Shown here: positions 21,357-31,212 of the stretch, in pieces | Layout: every line of letters begins with the position of its first letter | Position numbering within the stretch: position 1 is the stretch's first letter | From: an uncultured Planctomycetales bacterium | GTDB taxonomy: Bacteria; Omnitrophota; Gorgyraeia; Gygaellales; JAHJCI01 | NCBI GenBank assembly: GCA_964592485.1 | Contig: CAZQEY010000006.1 | Span: forward strand, 1-61,555 | Direction of reading: 5' to 3' | Length of the DNA stretch: 61,555 nt | Notes under the pieces: model-generated | The model's database searches: none | What the model was told of the DNA's origin: nothing | What the model saw: the letters and a program-made list of their open reading frames with translations, nothing else | Made by a program: the position numbers and the translations under genes

Positions 21357-21536
21357 TTACTGTTCTTGGCGCTCTTGTTTTATCTTATCAAGTACAATAT
21401 ATAAAGAATTCTTCGCTCTGATTATACCATCATAGATTCCTTTTGCATAGAAGGAAAAGCTACTCCAGGGATATTCTAAGAGCGCAGTTGTTATACCTGC
21501 TCTTAAAGGATTGTTTTCAATATAACGGGCGCATTC
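21357..21536 (-). pseudogene. REP-associated tyrosine transposase (RAYT/Y1)-like C-terminal fragment
   Basis: Manual translation ECARYIENNPLRAGITTALLEYPWSSFSFYAKG...ERQEQ*, matching the RYIE.NP.RAG...YPWSS motif; no start and no HUH region. Confidence 0.75.
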
Positions 21537-21662
21537 AAAAAAAGAGACGCTTCTAATTTTTGGAAAAATAGAAACGCCCCGAATTTTAAAAAAGCCTTAC
21601 TCCTGAAAAGTAAGGCTCTGTCAAATTGGGCTGCCATATTGGGCGAGTTTCACAACTTGTTT

Positions 21663-22136
21663 TTACTGCTTAAAAATAGCCCTCCTTTTAAAAAAGTCGC
21701 TTAATTTATTATACTTAGCTATCCAGACAACTACAATCCCATAACCGGTTTCATTGGTTAAATGTATTGTAAATCCGTCTTTATCCAGGGATAATAATCC
21801 TATCTTAAATAGCTTTCCATTTATTTTCCTCTCCGCCGATGTTATCCTCTTACTTAATTCTAAACTCTCCGCAATAACCCTGTCCTCCCATACCATCTTA
21901 ATCTTAAAAACAATAGATACAGGGCAATGCCCGACTTCTGTTATAGCTATCTGCCCGGGCCTTATTTCCCCTCCCTTATAAAAGTAACCGCTTGTTTCAT
22001 GTGTAATTGACAAATATCCATAGATAAGAACTATTGCGGCGGTTGAGAAAGCTATAATTTTGGATGATGATTTTTTGGTTAGGAAAATGCCTACGAATAC
22101 TGCGATTAACGCTATGGATAAGACCATTAGTTCCAT
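21663..22136 (-). CDS. Hypothetical protein with two N-terminal TM segments
   Basis: 157-aa ORF; no family recognised. Confidence 0.55.
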   Translation of the reverse strand: MELMVLSIALIAVFVGIFLTKKSSSKIIAFSTAAIVLIYGYLSITHETSGYFYKGGEIRPGQIAITEVGHCPVSIVFKIKMVWEDRVIAESLELSKRITSAERKINGKLFKIGLLSLDKDGFTIHLTNETGYGIVVVWIAKYNKLSDFFKRRAIFKQ

Positions 22137-22359
22137 ATCTAATATTTATCTAAAGTAGTTATGGAAAATATCTGCCCGGTCGTTATCTCAATGAGTTGTC
22201 GTTATCATTCTACCAAATATTATTCATAAAGACAAGGAAAAAAATATAATTCCACTGGATTCGGATAAGTGGCTTGGGCCTAAATACAGGAAATATTTTG
22301 CCTATTTAAAAAAGAAAATAACATAAAAGCAGGTAGCAAGTTAATTACACACTTTTACC

Positions 22360-22388
22360 TTGACGGACATATAAATAAGATTTAGAAT
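22360..22388 (+). promoter_or_regulatory. Sigma70-like promoter
   Basis: TTGACG-17 nt-TAGAAT upstream of the 22475 ORF. Confidence 0.55.
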
Positions 22389-22474
22389 ATTAAGAAAGAA
22401 ATCCTATATACAACAAAGACCGCAAATTAGGAATTTTGTATATTGATTCTCGGCTGTAAAAAGGAGCAAAGGCT

Positions 22475-22828
22475 ATGTCTGGAAATATTTACGGATTTGT
22501 AATACTGTTTATGATTTCAATCGGTGTTGCTCTAATAGTGTATGCGTTGACTCGCCGGAGCTTACGACATCTTTTAGATGACGTAATTAAGCTTCCTTCC
22601 GGGACGAGTTTCTATTTACGCCTGTTCTCAATAGGCCTCTTCTTTATCGCCTTTTCCGCGTCTTTGGAAATTAAGTTTGACCTAAAGGCGGATGCTTCGT
22701 TCATGGAGTATGTCTGGAAAATCGCTATCGGACTTTCCACTGTGTTTGGAAACACATGCTTATTTATTATAGGATATCTCACCCTTATAACGGTTCTTTT
22801 AGCCGTTTTAAAATATAAAAATGTCTAA
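22475..22828 (+). CDS. Hypothetical 3-TM membrane protein
   Basis: 117-aa ORF, RBS AAGGAG, overlaps the next ORF. Confidence 0.6.
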   Translation: MSGNIYGFVILFMISIGVALIVYALTRRSLRHLLDDVIKLPSGTSFYLRLFSIGLFFIAFSASLEIKFDLKADASFMEYVWKIAIGLSTVFGNTCLFIIGYLTLITVLLAVLKYKNV

Positions 22829-23219
22829 CGAAGAATATCTTATAGTTTCTTACTTTATTGTAGGAGTGGTTTCTTTAGGGCTGGCCTTGGTAACTTACCT
22901 TTTGCTTCAGCGCAGCTTCCACGGTGTGATAAAAACTCTCCCCAGTAAACACTTTTTCCGGATTCTTCGAAACTTATTCCTAATGGGCATTGTCCTTCCA
23001 GCCCTTTTCGGGTTTTTCTCTGTAAGCTTCTATAGCTGCTCAAGGCAAACGTATGAGGAGATTATTGCGGAAAGAGCCTATCTGGTTGCAAAAAACCAAG
23101 AGCAGCTATCAACCTCTCTATTTTACGTAGTCATCGCACTTTTTGTATGGGGCCTAATCATCGGAAGTGCTCTTTTTATTATTAAGAAAACTAAGGCAGC
23201 AAAAAATAGCTTAATTTAA
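22821..23219 (+). CDS. Hypothetical 3-TM membrane protein
   Basis: 132-aa ORF coupled to the previous one, similar topology. Confidence 0.6.
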   Translation: MSNEEYLIVSYFIVGVVSLGLALVTYLLLQRSFHGVIKTLPSKHFFRILRNLFLMGIVLPALFGFFSVSFYSCSRQTYEEIIAERAYLVAKNQEQLSTSLFYVVIALFVWGLIIGSALFIIKKTKAAKNSLI

Positions 23220-23637
23220 TGCAGTCACCCGACCGCAAACTGCGCTATTGCTTTTAGGGACGTCCCTAAAAGGGACACCCTTTAGAAAAACTTATCTCCT
23301 AACCTCTTTATTAATAAATACTTCCTTTGGTCTAGCGCGGTACCTCAAGGAATATCCCCCCGTCTACGCAATATGTATTTTATATCATAGATAAAAACCC
23401 TCTGTAATATATTCTATCGCAGAGGGTTATAAGTAGCAACTCCTCTTGGATTAAGTCAACGAACTATTGCTATAATCTTACCAAATGCCATTCACGCTTG
23501 CAAGAAGAAAGATTTATAGGCCCCGCGCGCTGGGGCGCGCTTCCGTGTCTCCCGTGCGTCCGCTTCAGCGTCGCTGGGGTGTGTTTTAAAACCAACTTAA
23601 ATCAGAGTGGAATTTTACTGGCCTTGGAGTATAATTA

Positions 23638-23678
23638 TAAAAAGGCTAGCGGGGTGCGGTCAGCCAGCCTTTTAAAAA
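23638..23678 (+). repeat. 41-nt junction hairpin, copy 1
   Basis: TAAAAAGGCTAGCGGGGTGCGGTCAGCCAGCCTTTTAAAAA; homologous to 27252-27292 and 31172-31212. Confidence 0.8.
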
Positions 23679-23700
23679 TATATAGGATTAATTTTGCCTT

Positions 23701-24624
23701 ATGCTGAATAGGATAGATTATATATTATATGGCTTAGGCTATTTATTTAATACAAAAGTACTGAGAAAACATAGGCCCTTTGTAGGCGCCTTAGTGATAA
23801 ATGAAAAATGCAATTTGAAATGTGCCCATTGCCAAGTTTCAAATCGTCCCTTGCTTGATTTATCTTTCGAAGACACCCAAAAGGGGCTTAGAACATTTTA
23901 CGACATGGGAATAAGGTCAATAGCTATAGGAGGTGGTGAACCATTTCTATGGGAAGATAATGGCTATAGGGTTGAGGATGTTGTGGGTTTTGCGCGACAA
24001 ATGGGGTTTAAATTAATTATCATATATACTAACGGTACATTCCCTTTAAAAATATCAACAGATGCCTTATTTGTCAGCTTAGACGGAATCAAGGAAACCA
24101 ACGATACCCTTCGCGGGACTTCATATGATAAAATTATTGAGAATATCAAGAGGTCAAACCACCCCAACTTATGGATTAATTTCACAATAAATAGAAAAAA
24201 TTATAGTGAAATAGAGCTTTTTTGTAGTGAAATGGAAAAAATTAAACAGACCAAAGGAGTATTTTTCTATTTTCATACTCCTTATTATGGAATTGACGAA
24301 CTGTTTTTGAACTTGGATGAAAGAAAAAAAATTATCGAGAAGATAATTGCACTCAAGAGTAGATTTAGAATATTGAATTCCTATGCTTGCCTTGAAGCTG
24401 TATATAGGGAAGATTGGGAAAGACCATCTAAAATGTGCTATGTTTATGCTCATAATAAATTATATCAGTGCTGTAGATCTATAGGGAATCAGGAGGCGTG
24501 TGATAATTGTGGATATCTTAGTTACGCTGAAATTATACATGCTCCAAGACTACGCCTAAGTTCAATCATAACGGCGCTGAATTTTTTGCCCTTAAGTAAA
24601 AGTCAAATAGAAGCAATTGCATAA
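23701..24624 (+). CDS. Radical SAM protein with C-terminal twitch-like Cys cluster
   Basis: CNLKCAHC; GGGEPF; CYVY...CCR...CDNCG. Confidence 0.85.
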   Translation: MLNRIDYILYGLGYLFNTKVLRKHRPFVGALVINEKCNLKCAHCQVSNRPLLDLSFEDTQKGLRTFYDMGIRSIAIGGGEPFLWEDNGYRVEDVVGFARQMGFKLIIIYTNGTFPLKISTDALFVSLDGIKETNDTLRGTSYDKIIENIKRSNHPNLWINFTINRKNYSEIELFCSEMEKIKQTKGVFFYFHTPYYGIDELFLNLDERKKIIEKIIALKSRFRILNSYACLEAVYREDWERPSKMCYVYAHNKLYQCCRSIGNQEACDNCGYLSYAEIIHAPRLRLSSIITALNFLPLSKSQIEAIA

Positions 24625-25895
24625 TGGTAGACTATATTACTCGAAATATTAGAACATATTTTACTGGAAATAACTCAGATTATACGTTCAGAAAAATTGA
24701 CAGAGTAAAGCCTACCAAAATAGACTCAATCAACCTGTATATACATATTCCATTTTGCAATAATCTATGTCCATATTGTCCATACTTCAAAGTTAAATAT
24801 GATTCTCAGAAAGTACCTGTATATTTAAAAGCTATACTTAATGAGATTGGAATTTATCGTAACTTATTTGGTAAGGTAAATATATCTTCTATCTATATAG
24901 GAGGTGGAACCCCCACATTATTAATAGACGAACTTGGCATTATTTTTAAACATATACATGCTAAATTCAATGTTGCAGGGGACATATGCATAGAGGTTAA
25001 TCCATATGATATTACAGAAGAGCTTATATCGAAGCTAAAAGATAATAATATAAAACTGGTAAGTGTAGGTGCGCAAAGCTTTTTGAATAAACATTTAAAT
25101 TTTATAGGGCGGAAGTATCGATCCTCAGTAGTTAATGATGCATTGGGCCAGTTGGTTAAGGGGGGTTTTGAATCAATAAATATCGATCTTCTTTTTGCAT
25201 TACCGAACCAAAGCTTAAGAGATGTAACTTATGATTTAGAAAAGGCGATTGAAAGTGGGGTTAATCAGATAACAACATACCCATTGTTTACATTTCCATA
25301 TACCTCGATAGGTAGATATTTGAAATTAAAGAAAGTAAAAATGCCAAATTTACTTAAGAGGCATAGGCAGTATTACCTTATACATGAATATTTATCAGAC
25401 AAAGGCTTCAGTCGGGTATCTGTATGGGGGTTTAAGAAAGGAAATGTCCCCCGATACTCTTCTGTAACTAGAGACCAATATATTGGGTTAGGAGCAGGTG
25501 CAGGTTCACATCTTCCAGATGGATTCTATTTAAACACATTTTCAGTGGAAGAATATATAAAAAAGTGCATGTCAAACAACTTTCCTGTGGCTCTATATAT
25601 GAATTTCACGAAAAATATGCAGAAATATTTTTGGTTATATTGGCGTTTTTACGATACATATATTTATAAAGACGAATTACATAGCAAATTTGGGCTGAGT
25701 GATGAAAAATTAAATAAATTATTCGCAGCATTCAGACGGCTAAAACTGCTTCAAGAGAATGATACGCAGTATGAATTAACAATACGCGGGTCATTTTGGA
25801 TTCATTTGTTTCAGAATTATTTCTCATTGCGGTATATTAATAAGGTTTGGGGTATTGCAATGAAAAAAGCATATCCTCAGGAAATTAGTTTGTAG
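24624..25895 (+). CDS. HemN/HemW-like radical SAM protein
   Basis: LYIHIPFCNNLCPYCPY, IYIGGGTPT, NIDLLFALPNQ, YIGLGAGAGS. Confidence 0.85.
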   Translation: MVDYITRNIRTYFTGNNSDYTFRKIDRVKPTKIDSINLYIHIPFCNNLCPYCPYFKVKYDSQKVPVYLKAILNEIGIYRNLFGKVNISSIYIGGGTPTLLIDELGIIFKHIHAKFNVAGDICIEVNPYDITEELISKLKDNNIKLVSVGAQSFLNKHLNFIGRKYRSSVVNDALGQLVKGGFESINIDLLFALPNQSLRDVTYDLEKAIESGVNQITTYPLFTFPYTSIGRYLKLKKVKMPNLLKRHRQYYLIHEYLSDKGFSRVSVWGFKKGNVPRYSSVTRDQYIGLGAGAGSHLPDGFYLNTFSVEEYIKKCMSNNFPVALYMNFTKNMQKYFWLYWRFYDTYIYKDELHSKFGLSDEKLNKLFAAFRRLKLLQENDTQYELTIRGSFWIHLFQNYFSLRYINKVWGIAMKKAYPQEISL

Positions 25896-25924
25896 TCGAT
25901 GCAGCTATAGAAAAAGCCATAAGC

Positions 25925-26674
25925 ATGTCAAGTAAAGTGATATCTTCTGGAATGTTATATACTAGAGATAAAGTTAACATTGCATATGAATACATTAAGG
26001 AGAGCCGTAAATCAATAGTTATTATATGTCCGGGTTTTTTTAATAGCAAAAGCAACAGATGGATGCGTAAGACAGTCGATTTAATTTCCGAGGAATACGA
26101 TATCATAATTTTTGATTTTAGAGGACATGGTGATAGTGGAGGTAAATTTTCGTGGTTAGCTAAGGAACATTTTGATTTAGAAGCCGTGTTAGACTATGCA
26201 AAAAGACAAGGATACAAACAGATTGCCATAGTAGCATTTTCTCTTGGAGCGGCAGTTGCAATAAATGCTATTAGTAAGAGAAAAGATGTAACTAGTATGG
26301 TGTTAATAAGTTGCCCCTTAAGTTTCTGGAAGATTGATTATCATTTTTGGGAACCAGGAATGTTTTGGGACCTGAAGGATAATATTGAGTGTAATTGGGA
26401 AGGTAAAGGTTCACGAACTACAAATTTGTTTATTCCAAAACCAAAGCCTATTAAGATGATTAGCAAAATAGATACTACCGCAATACTTTTTATCCATGGA
26501 GATAGTGATTGGATTATTAAAGATTACCACTCTAAGAGACTTTATGAACAGACACAGACATACAAAAAGCTTGAGATAATAGAAAAAGGGCTTCATGCTG
26601 AACGACTTATTCAACAATATCCTAACGAGATGAAACGCCTTTTACATGGATGGTTTTCAGATACAATTAAATAA
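25925..26674 (+). CDS. Alpha/beta hydrolase
   Basis: FDFRGHGDSGG, AFSLGA nucleophile, IHGDSD, GLHAE. Confidence 0.85.
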   Translation: MSSKVISSGMLYTRDKVNIAYEYIKESRKSIVIICPGFFNSKSNRWMRKTVDLISEEYDIIIFDFRGHGDSGGKFSWLAKEHFDLEAVLDYAKRQGYKQIAIVAFSLGAAVAINAISKRKDVTSMVLISCPLSFWKIDYHFWEPGMFWDLKDNIECNWEGKGSRTTNLFIPKPKPIKMISKIDTTAILFIHGDSDWIIKDYHSKRLYEQTQTYKKLEIIEKGLHAERLIQQYPNEMKRLLHGWFSDTIK

Positions 26675-26750
26675 AAATTAAAACGCAGTTTAGAATATAT
26701 AGATTGTATGATAGAATTACTGTAACGATTTTTAACGAAAAGGAGGGTAT

Positions 26751-27221
26751 ATGAAATTGTTAGCTTTTACTAAAACTCACACGATACTTACAACTATTTG
26801 GGCTTTCTTTGCTTTACTTTGCTTGGTGTGGCTTATAGGTAATATTGCAGGGATATTTTTTCCAAATTCGTGGTTAGCCCAAAACAATATGCCAAAACCT
26901 CCTCAAGGAGGATGGCCGGAAGCGATTTTGGTTTATTTCCATATTTCCATGATTGCTAGCATCATCTTTCCTATATCATTTTGCTTCATTACTTTGTATG
27001 GTCTTCTAAAAAGACACCTCTTCAGCATATTTACCGGATATGTTTCACTTTCTACAGGTTTGTTCACGAATCTAATTTTCAACGTAGTCACTATAAGATG
27101 CGGGACTGTAGATTTATTTTTTATCCTCAAATGTGCTATTGTTTTAATTATTGAATTATTGGCAGCAGTTTATTTAGTAAAATATACTGCAGAATGCCTT
27201 AAAAACATAAAGACAGCCTAA
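26751..27221 (+). CDS. Hypothetical membrane protein
   Basis: 156-aa ORF, 4 hydrophobic segments, RBS AAGGAGGG. Confidence 0.6.
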   Translation: MKLLAFTKTHTILTTIWAFFALLCLVWLIGNIAGIFFPNSWLAQNNMPKPPQGGWPEAILVYFHISMIASIIFPISFCFITLYGLLKRHLFSIFTGYVSLSTGLFTNLIFNVVTIRCGTVDLFFILKCAIVLIIELLAAVYLVKYTAECLKNIKTA

Positions 27222-27251
27222 GTCATATAATATATAATCTATCCTATTCAA

Positions 27252-27292
27252 TAAAAAGGCTGGCCGGATGCGGGCGGCCAGCCCTTTAAGAA
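27252..27292 (+). repeat. 41-nt junction hairpin, copy 2
   Basis: TAAAAAGGCTGGCCGGATGCGGGCGGCCAGCCCTTTAAGAA; lies between convergent genes and may double as a terminator. Confidence 0.8.
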
Positions 27293-27345
27293 AATGTCAA
27301 TACCTAATCATTATTTTGACCTGTATTATGCAGATTGCCTCTTTC

Positions 27346-27849
27346 TTATTTATAATCAAAAGCTTGCTTATCTCTATTAGCTACTACGATAAGTAAAATA
27401 ATATTAAACACTATTCCAAATGCCCCACCAATCAAAACAGATATACCCATAAATGACATAGCAGCCATTGTTATAAGTCCTTTTAAAATAGTAAAGCCAA
27501 TGCTTATACCAGCAGCTAAATAGAACATTTTAATAGCTGATTTCTTAATCTGAAAAAGACCAATTGAAGCATATATATAAAATCCAGCAATAATCAAAGC
27601 GATAATTCCCGATATTATACACCAAGTGCCAAACCATTCGGGGGTATCCCACATTTTCTGCATTATATTCATAGCTTCCTGTGATGTTCCATATTGCTTT
27701 TCCAGCATTTCCTGCATTTGTGGCATCATTTCTTTTTGCATCTCAATCATTTTAGGCATCATAATTGTCTGTCCAGCTCCTAAAAGACCGAAACATCCTA
27801 AGATAATGCCAATAATCCCCACTACTTTAGCCCAAGTTGGTTTTTGCAT
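27346..27849 (-). CDS. Hypothetical membrane protein
   Basis: 167-aa ORF with 4 TM segments; last gene of the ytr-like operon. Confidence 0.6.
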   Translation of the reverse strand: MQKPTWAKVVGIIGIILGCFGLLGAGQTIMMPKMIEMQKEMMPQMQEMLEKQYGTSQEAMNIMQKMWDTPEWFGTWCIISGIIALIIAGFYIYASIGLFQIKKSAIKMFYLAAGISIGFTILKGLITMAAMSFMGISVLIGGAFGIVFNIILLIVVANRDKQAFDYK

Positions 27850-27868
27850 AACTTATTCCTTTCTCCAA

Positions 27869-29653
27869 TTATTCTGGATAATATTCCTTCATTTGTTTAT
27901 CTTGTAATCTTAATTGTTGCTCAATTTCATCGACTTCTTGACTGGTTTCGGTAGATTGAGCGGGTAGAGTGAAATTTTCTATTTTAAAATCTTTATGTTG
28001 TTTTCCTATTTTCACCGCATCCAGTCTTATAAGCTCAGCATCTTTTAACCATTCTTTATTAATTTTGGGCAGAGATACGTTTCTATCATTGATATATGTA
28101 AAATCAAATTGTTTAGCTTTGGTTTCAAGTCGTGTCGGGCCATATGCTGCCATCATATCTGCATATAGATTAGCTCCTATCTCTGTTAAAAATGCCTCAT
28201 TTCGTTTCTTATTTGCTATTAAATAGACATGGTTAAAATCAGAATATATATCTCGCGCAAAGTCGTATTTTGATTTCTTTTCAACTGTTCGATCAAACAA
28301 TAAATTTATTTTCTTTTCAGCAATAACAACTGTCACACCATTTGGTCTTTCCAGTATGTCATAAATTATTATTTGCTCAGAGCCAAATAAATCTCTCGTG
28401 CCTTGCTTTAAAGGCATTTGAGAACCAATCTTGTATTTATAAATATCAAATTCAGCATGAGCTGAATACGTTCCCATCTTATTTTTATAATTATTGAAAT
28501 CTAACTCTTCTATGCTAAATATTTCTACATGAGCTAAATCTTCTTTAAAAGGATTTAACAATTTAATATCTCCTAAAGCCGCCTGCAATGGAGCCATAAA
28601 TTTTTCATTAGAAAATGTTTCCTTTTTACTCGTTGAAACATATTTGGATTCGAGAATTTTTCCGTCAGGATATTTCATCTGTACTTCTTTTAATTCTCTT
28701 AAAATTGCGAACTGCTCAATAGGCAACCCCATAATTGTTTGCTTAGCACTTATCGACTTTTCCCTAGCATCTTTTTTGCTAAAACGGAACTCGTCAGATA
28801 CAACGATGTTTTCAGTATTAAATCCTACGGAGATGGATTCTACAATATCGACTGTACTTTTAACACTGCTTGCCTCTTTTAGAAAATCCCAATTCCATGT
28901 CCTTGTAAAAATAATCATAATCAGATAAGCGACAACAAACCATCTCACTGTCCTAGCGGTGTATCTTGTTAAAAACTGATGAATTACAAGAATAAAACCA
29001 ATTATAATAACGTATATATCTTTTGCCACTCCACACGATGCTTCCAAAGATGGATTCTTAAACATTTCAAAATTATAAAGAATATTTTTGGGAATCGGCA
29101 AAAACATCATAGCTATAGAACTGACAATTCCGAATACTATAAGCACTGTAAAGACAATAATCCCTACTAGCGCATATTTACTAAACTTTGGTGTTACCAC
29201 AGCTAAAATTAAGAAAGGAACAATAAAAGCTATTTTCTCTAACAATATTTCTGGAACCATAAGCAATATATGATGAGTGGTTACACCATTTGCTGCCAAC
29301 ACAATAATCTCAGCGATAAGAGGTAAGGCAACTAATAATGTCAATATTAGACATGATTTTGTTATTAGCAGGCCCTTTTTAGAAATTGGTCGGGTAAACC
29401 AAAATGATGTCGTTCCAACTAATGAATCATCTTGAATAAGCAAAGGAACAATAACAATTATCATCAAACCCTGCAGAATACTAAATAGCTTTGCAAGCAA
29501 AGGTAAAAACATTTGGAACTCTAGAAATTCGGCAGCTAAATCAATACCACCTATGCCTAAAGCTGATTGAGCAAGAATAAGCAAGAACCAAACAAAAAGT
29601 AATATTTTGATACGGAGAAAATCTTTTTTAAACAAATATGGAATAAAATACAT
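27869..29653 (-). CDS. ABC-2 type permease-like membrane protein with large C-terminal soluble domain
   Basis: 7-8 TM segments, FWFTRPISK...K motif; follows the ABC ATPase. Confidence 0.7.
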   Translation of the reverse strand: MYFIPYLFKKDFLRIKILLFVWFLLILAQSALGIGGIDLAAEFLEFQMFLPLLAKLFSILQGLMIIVIVPLLIQDDSLVGTTSFWFTRPISKKGLLITKSCLILTLLVALPLIAEIIVLAANGVTTHHILLMVPEILLEKIAFIVPFLILAVVTPKFSKYALVGIIVFTVLIVFGIVSSIAMMFLPIPKNILYNFEMFKNPSLEASCGVAKDIYVIIIGFILVIHQFLTRYTARTVRWFVVAYLIMIIFTRTWNWDFLKEASSVKSTVDIVESISVGFNTENIVVSDEFRFSKKDAREKSISAKQTIMGLPIEQFAILRELKEVQMKYPDGKILESKYVSTSKKETFSNEKFMAPLQAALGDIKLLNPFKEDLAHVEIFSIEELDFNNYKNKMGTYSAHAEFDIYKYKIGSQMPLKQGTRDLFGSEQIIIYDILERPNGVTVVIAEKKINLLFDRTVEKKSKYDFARDIYSDFNHVYLIANKKRNEAFLTEIGANLYADMMAAYGPTRLETKAKQFDFTYINDRNVSLPKINKEWLKDAELIRLDAVKIGKQHKDFKIENFTLPAQSTETSQEVDEIEQQLRLQDKQMKEYYPE

Positions 29654-29664
29654 AAGCTCGTCTC

Positions 29665-30573
29665 CTATAATTCAGAAATCTTAAATTTTTTGGCAAATAC
29701 AATAAATATCTCTTTTAAAGTCATTCCCGATACTTCTATATTGGAACAATTGGGGAAAATCTCTCGAATCTTATCCTCGCTCTTTCCTTTTATATATTGA
29801 CTATCCACAAAATGAATGGTTCTATCCTGTTGTTTTGGTAAAAACCATTCTTCACGAAACCTTGATTTAACATCAGTTGCCTCCCTTATAGTCAGTTCAA
29901 ACCGCCTGAATCTATTTTGTAATACTTCAGCCTCTTCGACAATTTTTAGCAATCCTTTGTCGATAATGCCTACCCAATCAGCTAATCTTTCAACTTCGTC
30001 AATATCGTGAGAAGATATGAATATCGTCCAATTCTCACTCTCGGTAATATCCAACACTCCTGATATAAATTCATCACGAACTAAGGGATCTAAACCACTA
30101 AAAGGTTCATCAAATATTAGTAATTTTGGTCTATACGCTAATGAAGAAACTAACGCTGCTTTCATTTTCATGCCTCGAGAAAGACTCTTCAGTTTTTGCT
30201 TTGGAGATAAACTAAACTGTTCTGTCAAATCGCTACAAAATTTATCATCCCATGTTGAATACATTTTTTTGCAATAATTCAAAAATTGATTTACTGTCAT
30301 CCACTCTGGCATTTCTTGATTCTCAGATACGTATCCAATTTGAGCGAATTCTTCTGGACCGAGTTTCTTAGAATCAACTCCCAATACAATCGATGAACCC
30401 TGAGTAGGTTTCATAATATTCATTACATTTTTGATTGTCGTTGTTTTGCCTGCTCCATTTGGGCCCAGAAAAGCAAAAATGCTACCGGCTGGAACGGTTA
30501 AATTTAAATTGTTAACAGCTATATTTTTACCAAATCTTTTCGTTAAATTTTTTGTTTCAATAGCATTATTCAT
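29665..30573 (-). CDS. ABC transporter ATP-binding protein (YtrB-like)
   Basis: GPNGAGKTT, LSRGMKMK, DEPFSGLDP, SSHDIDEVER. Confidence 0.88.
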   Translation of the reverse strand: MNNAIETKNLTKRFGKNIAVNNLNLTVPAGSIFAFLGPNGAGKTTTIKNVMNIMKPTQGSSIVLGVDSKKLGPEEFAQIGYVSENQEMPEWMTVNQFLNYCKKMYSTWDDKFCSDLTEQFSLSPKQKLKSLSRGMKMKAALVSSLAYRPKLLIFDEPFSGLDPLVRDEFISGVLDITESENWTIFISSHDIDEVERLADWVGIIDKGLLKIVEEAEVLQNRFRRFELTIREATDVKSRFREEWFLPKQQDRTIHFVDSQYIKGKSEDKIREIFPNCSNIEVSGMTLKEIFIVFAKKFKISEL

Positions 30574-30961
30574 TTTTTCCTTCCTTATTATTTAATTTCC
30601 AATGGCGATCAATCGCATCCACAACTTCCTTTTTTTTGATAGATAATCGCTTGGATTCAACAACCAATTTTTCTACCTCATTATTAAGTATCTTATCACG
30701 CTGAGCTTTAGTCGCTATACCGAATTCAGAAACAGTACTGCCAATACCTGGTTTTATTTCTAATAGCTTTTCCCTAACTAAATGAGCTACCACTTTTTGA
30801 GCAGTATTAGGGTTTATCTTTAATTCCTTACTCATTTCTCTAACTGAGGGAAATCGATCCCCCGGCTTCAACTGCTCTGTTACAATGGACTTTTTCACAG
30901 CGTACACCACCTGTTCATAGATTGGGATACCAGATTGAAATTTTATTGTAAAGTTTATCAT
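30566..30961 (-). CDS. GntR family regulator, YtrA subfamily
   Basis: PIYEQV...LKPGDRFPSVREMSKELKINPNT; short C-terminus; precedes ABC genes. Confidence 0.9.
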   Translation of the reverse strand: MINFTIKFQSGIPIYEQVVYAVKKSIVTEQLKPGDRFPSVREMSKELKINPNTAQKVVAHLVREKLLEIKPGIGSTVSEFGIATKAQRDKILNNEVEKLVVESKRLSIKKKEVVDAIDRHWKLNNKEGKNE

Positions 30962-31018
30962 ATCTAAAAACCACAGTTTGTTAAATACCTAATTAGAGAG
31001 TTACAATTTTTATTTAAC

Positions 31019-31050
31019 TGTATTATATCACATAATACACCTATTGTCAA
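31019..31050 (-). promoter_or_regulatory. Consensus promoter overlapped by a YtrA-type palindromic operator
   Basis: TTGACA(31050-31045)-17 nt-TATAAT(31027-31022); TGTATTA-N7-TAATACA at 31019-31039. Confidence 0.8.
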
Positions 31051-31171
31051 GGTTAGGGCGTTATTTTTCTAATCTCCCTACTGCTACATGCCATCCAGTT
31101 AACAAGCTGCCATAAAGGCATAGGCTCGTCCGCATTCAGTAGAAACATAATTAAATTAAGGACACATACCA

Positions 31172-31212
31172 TTCTTAAAGGGCTGGCCGAGCGCATGTGG
31201 CTAGCCCTTTTA
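31172..31212 (-). repeat. 41-nt junction hairpin, copy 3 (inverted)
   Basis: Reverse complement TAAAAGGGCTAGCCACATGCGCTCGGCCAGCCCTTTAAGAA. Confidence 0.8.

Noticed and set aside
23252-23360. 20-bp palindrome TTTTAGGGACGTCCCTAAAA with a possible second RAYT C-terminal scrap (LRYRARPKE)
   Set aside because: Peptide too short to assign by eye; the palindrome is real but its function is unsupported
23638-31212. Classical integron attC sites
   Set aside because: The hairpins lack RYYYAAC/GTTRRRY cores and there is no intI in the window; kept only as a non-integron hypothesis
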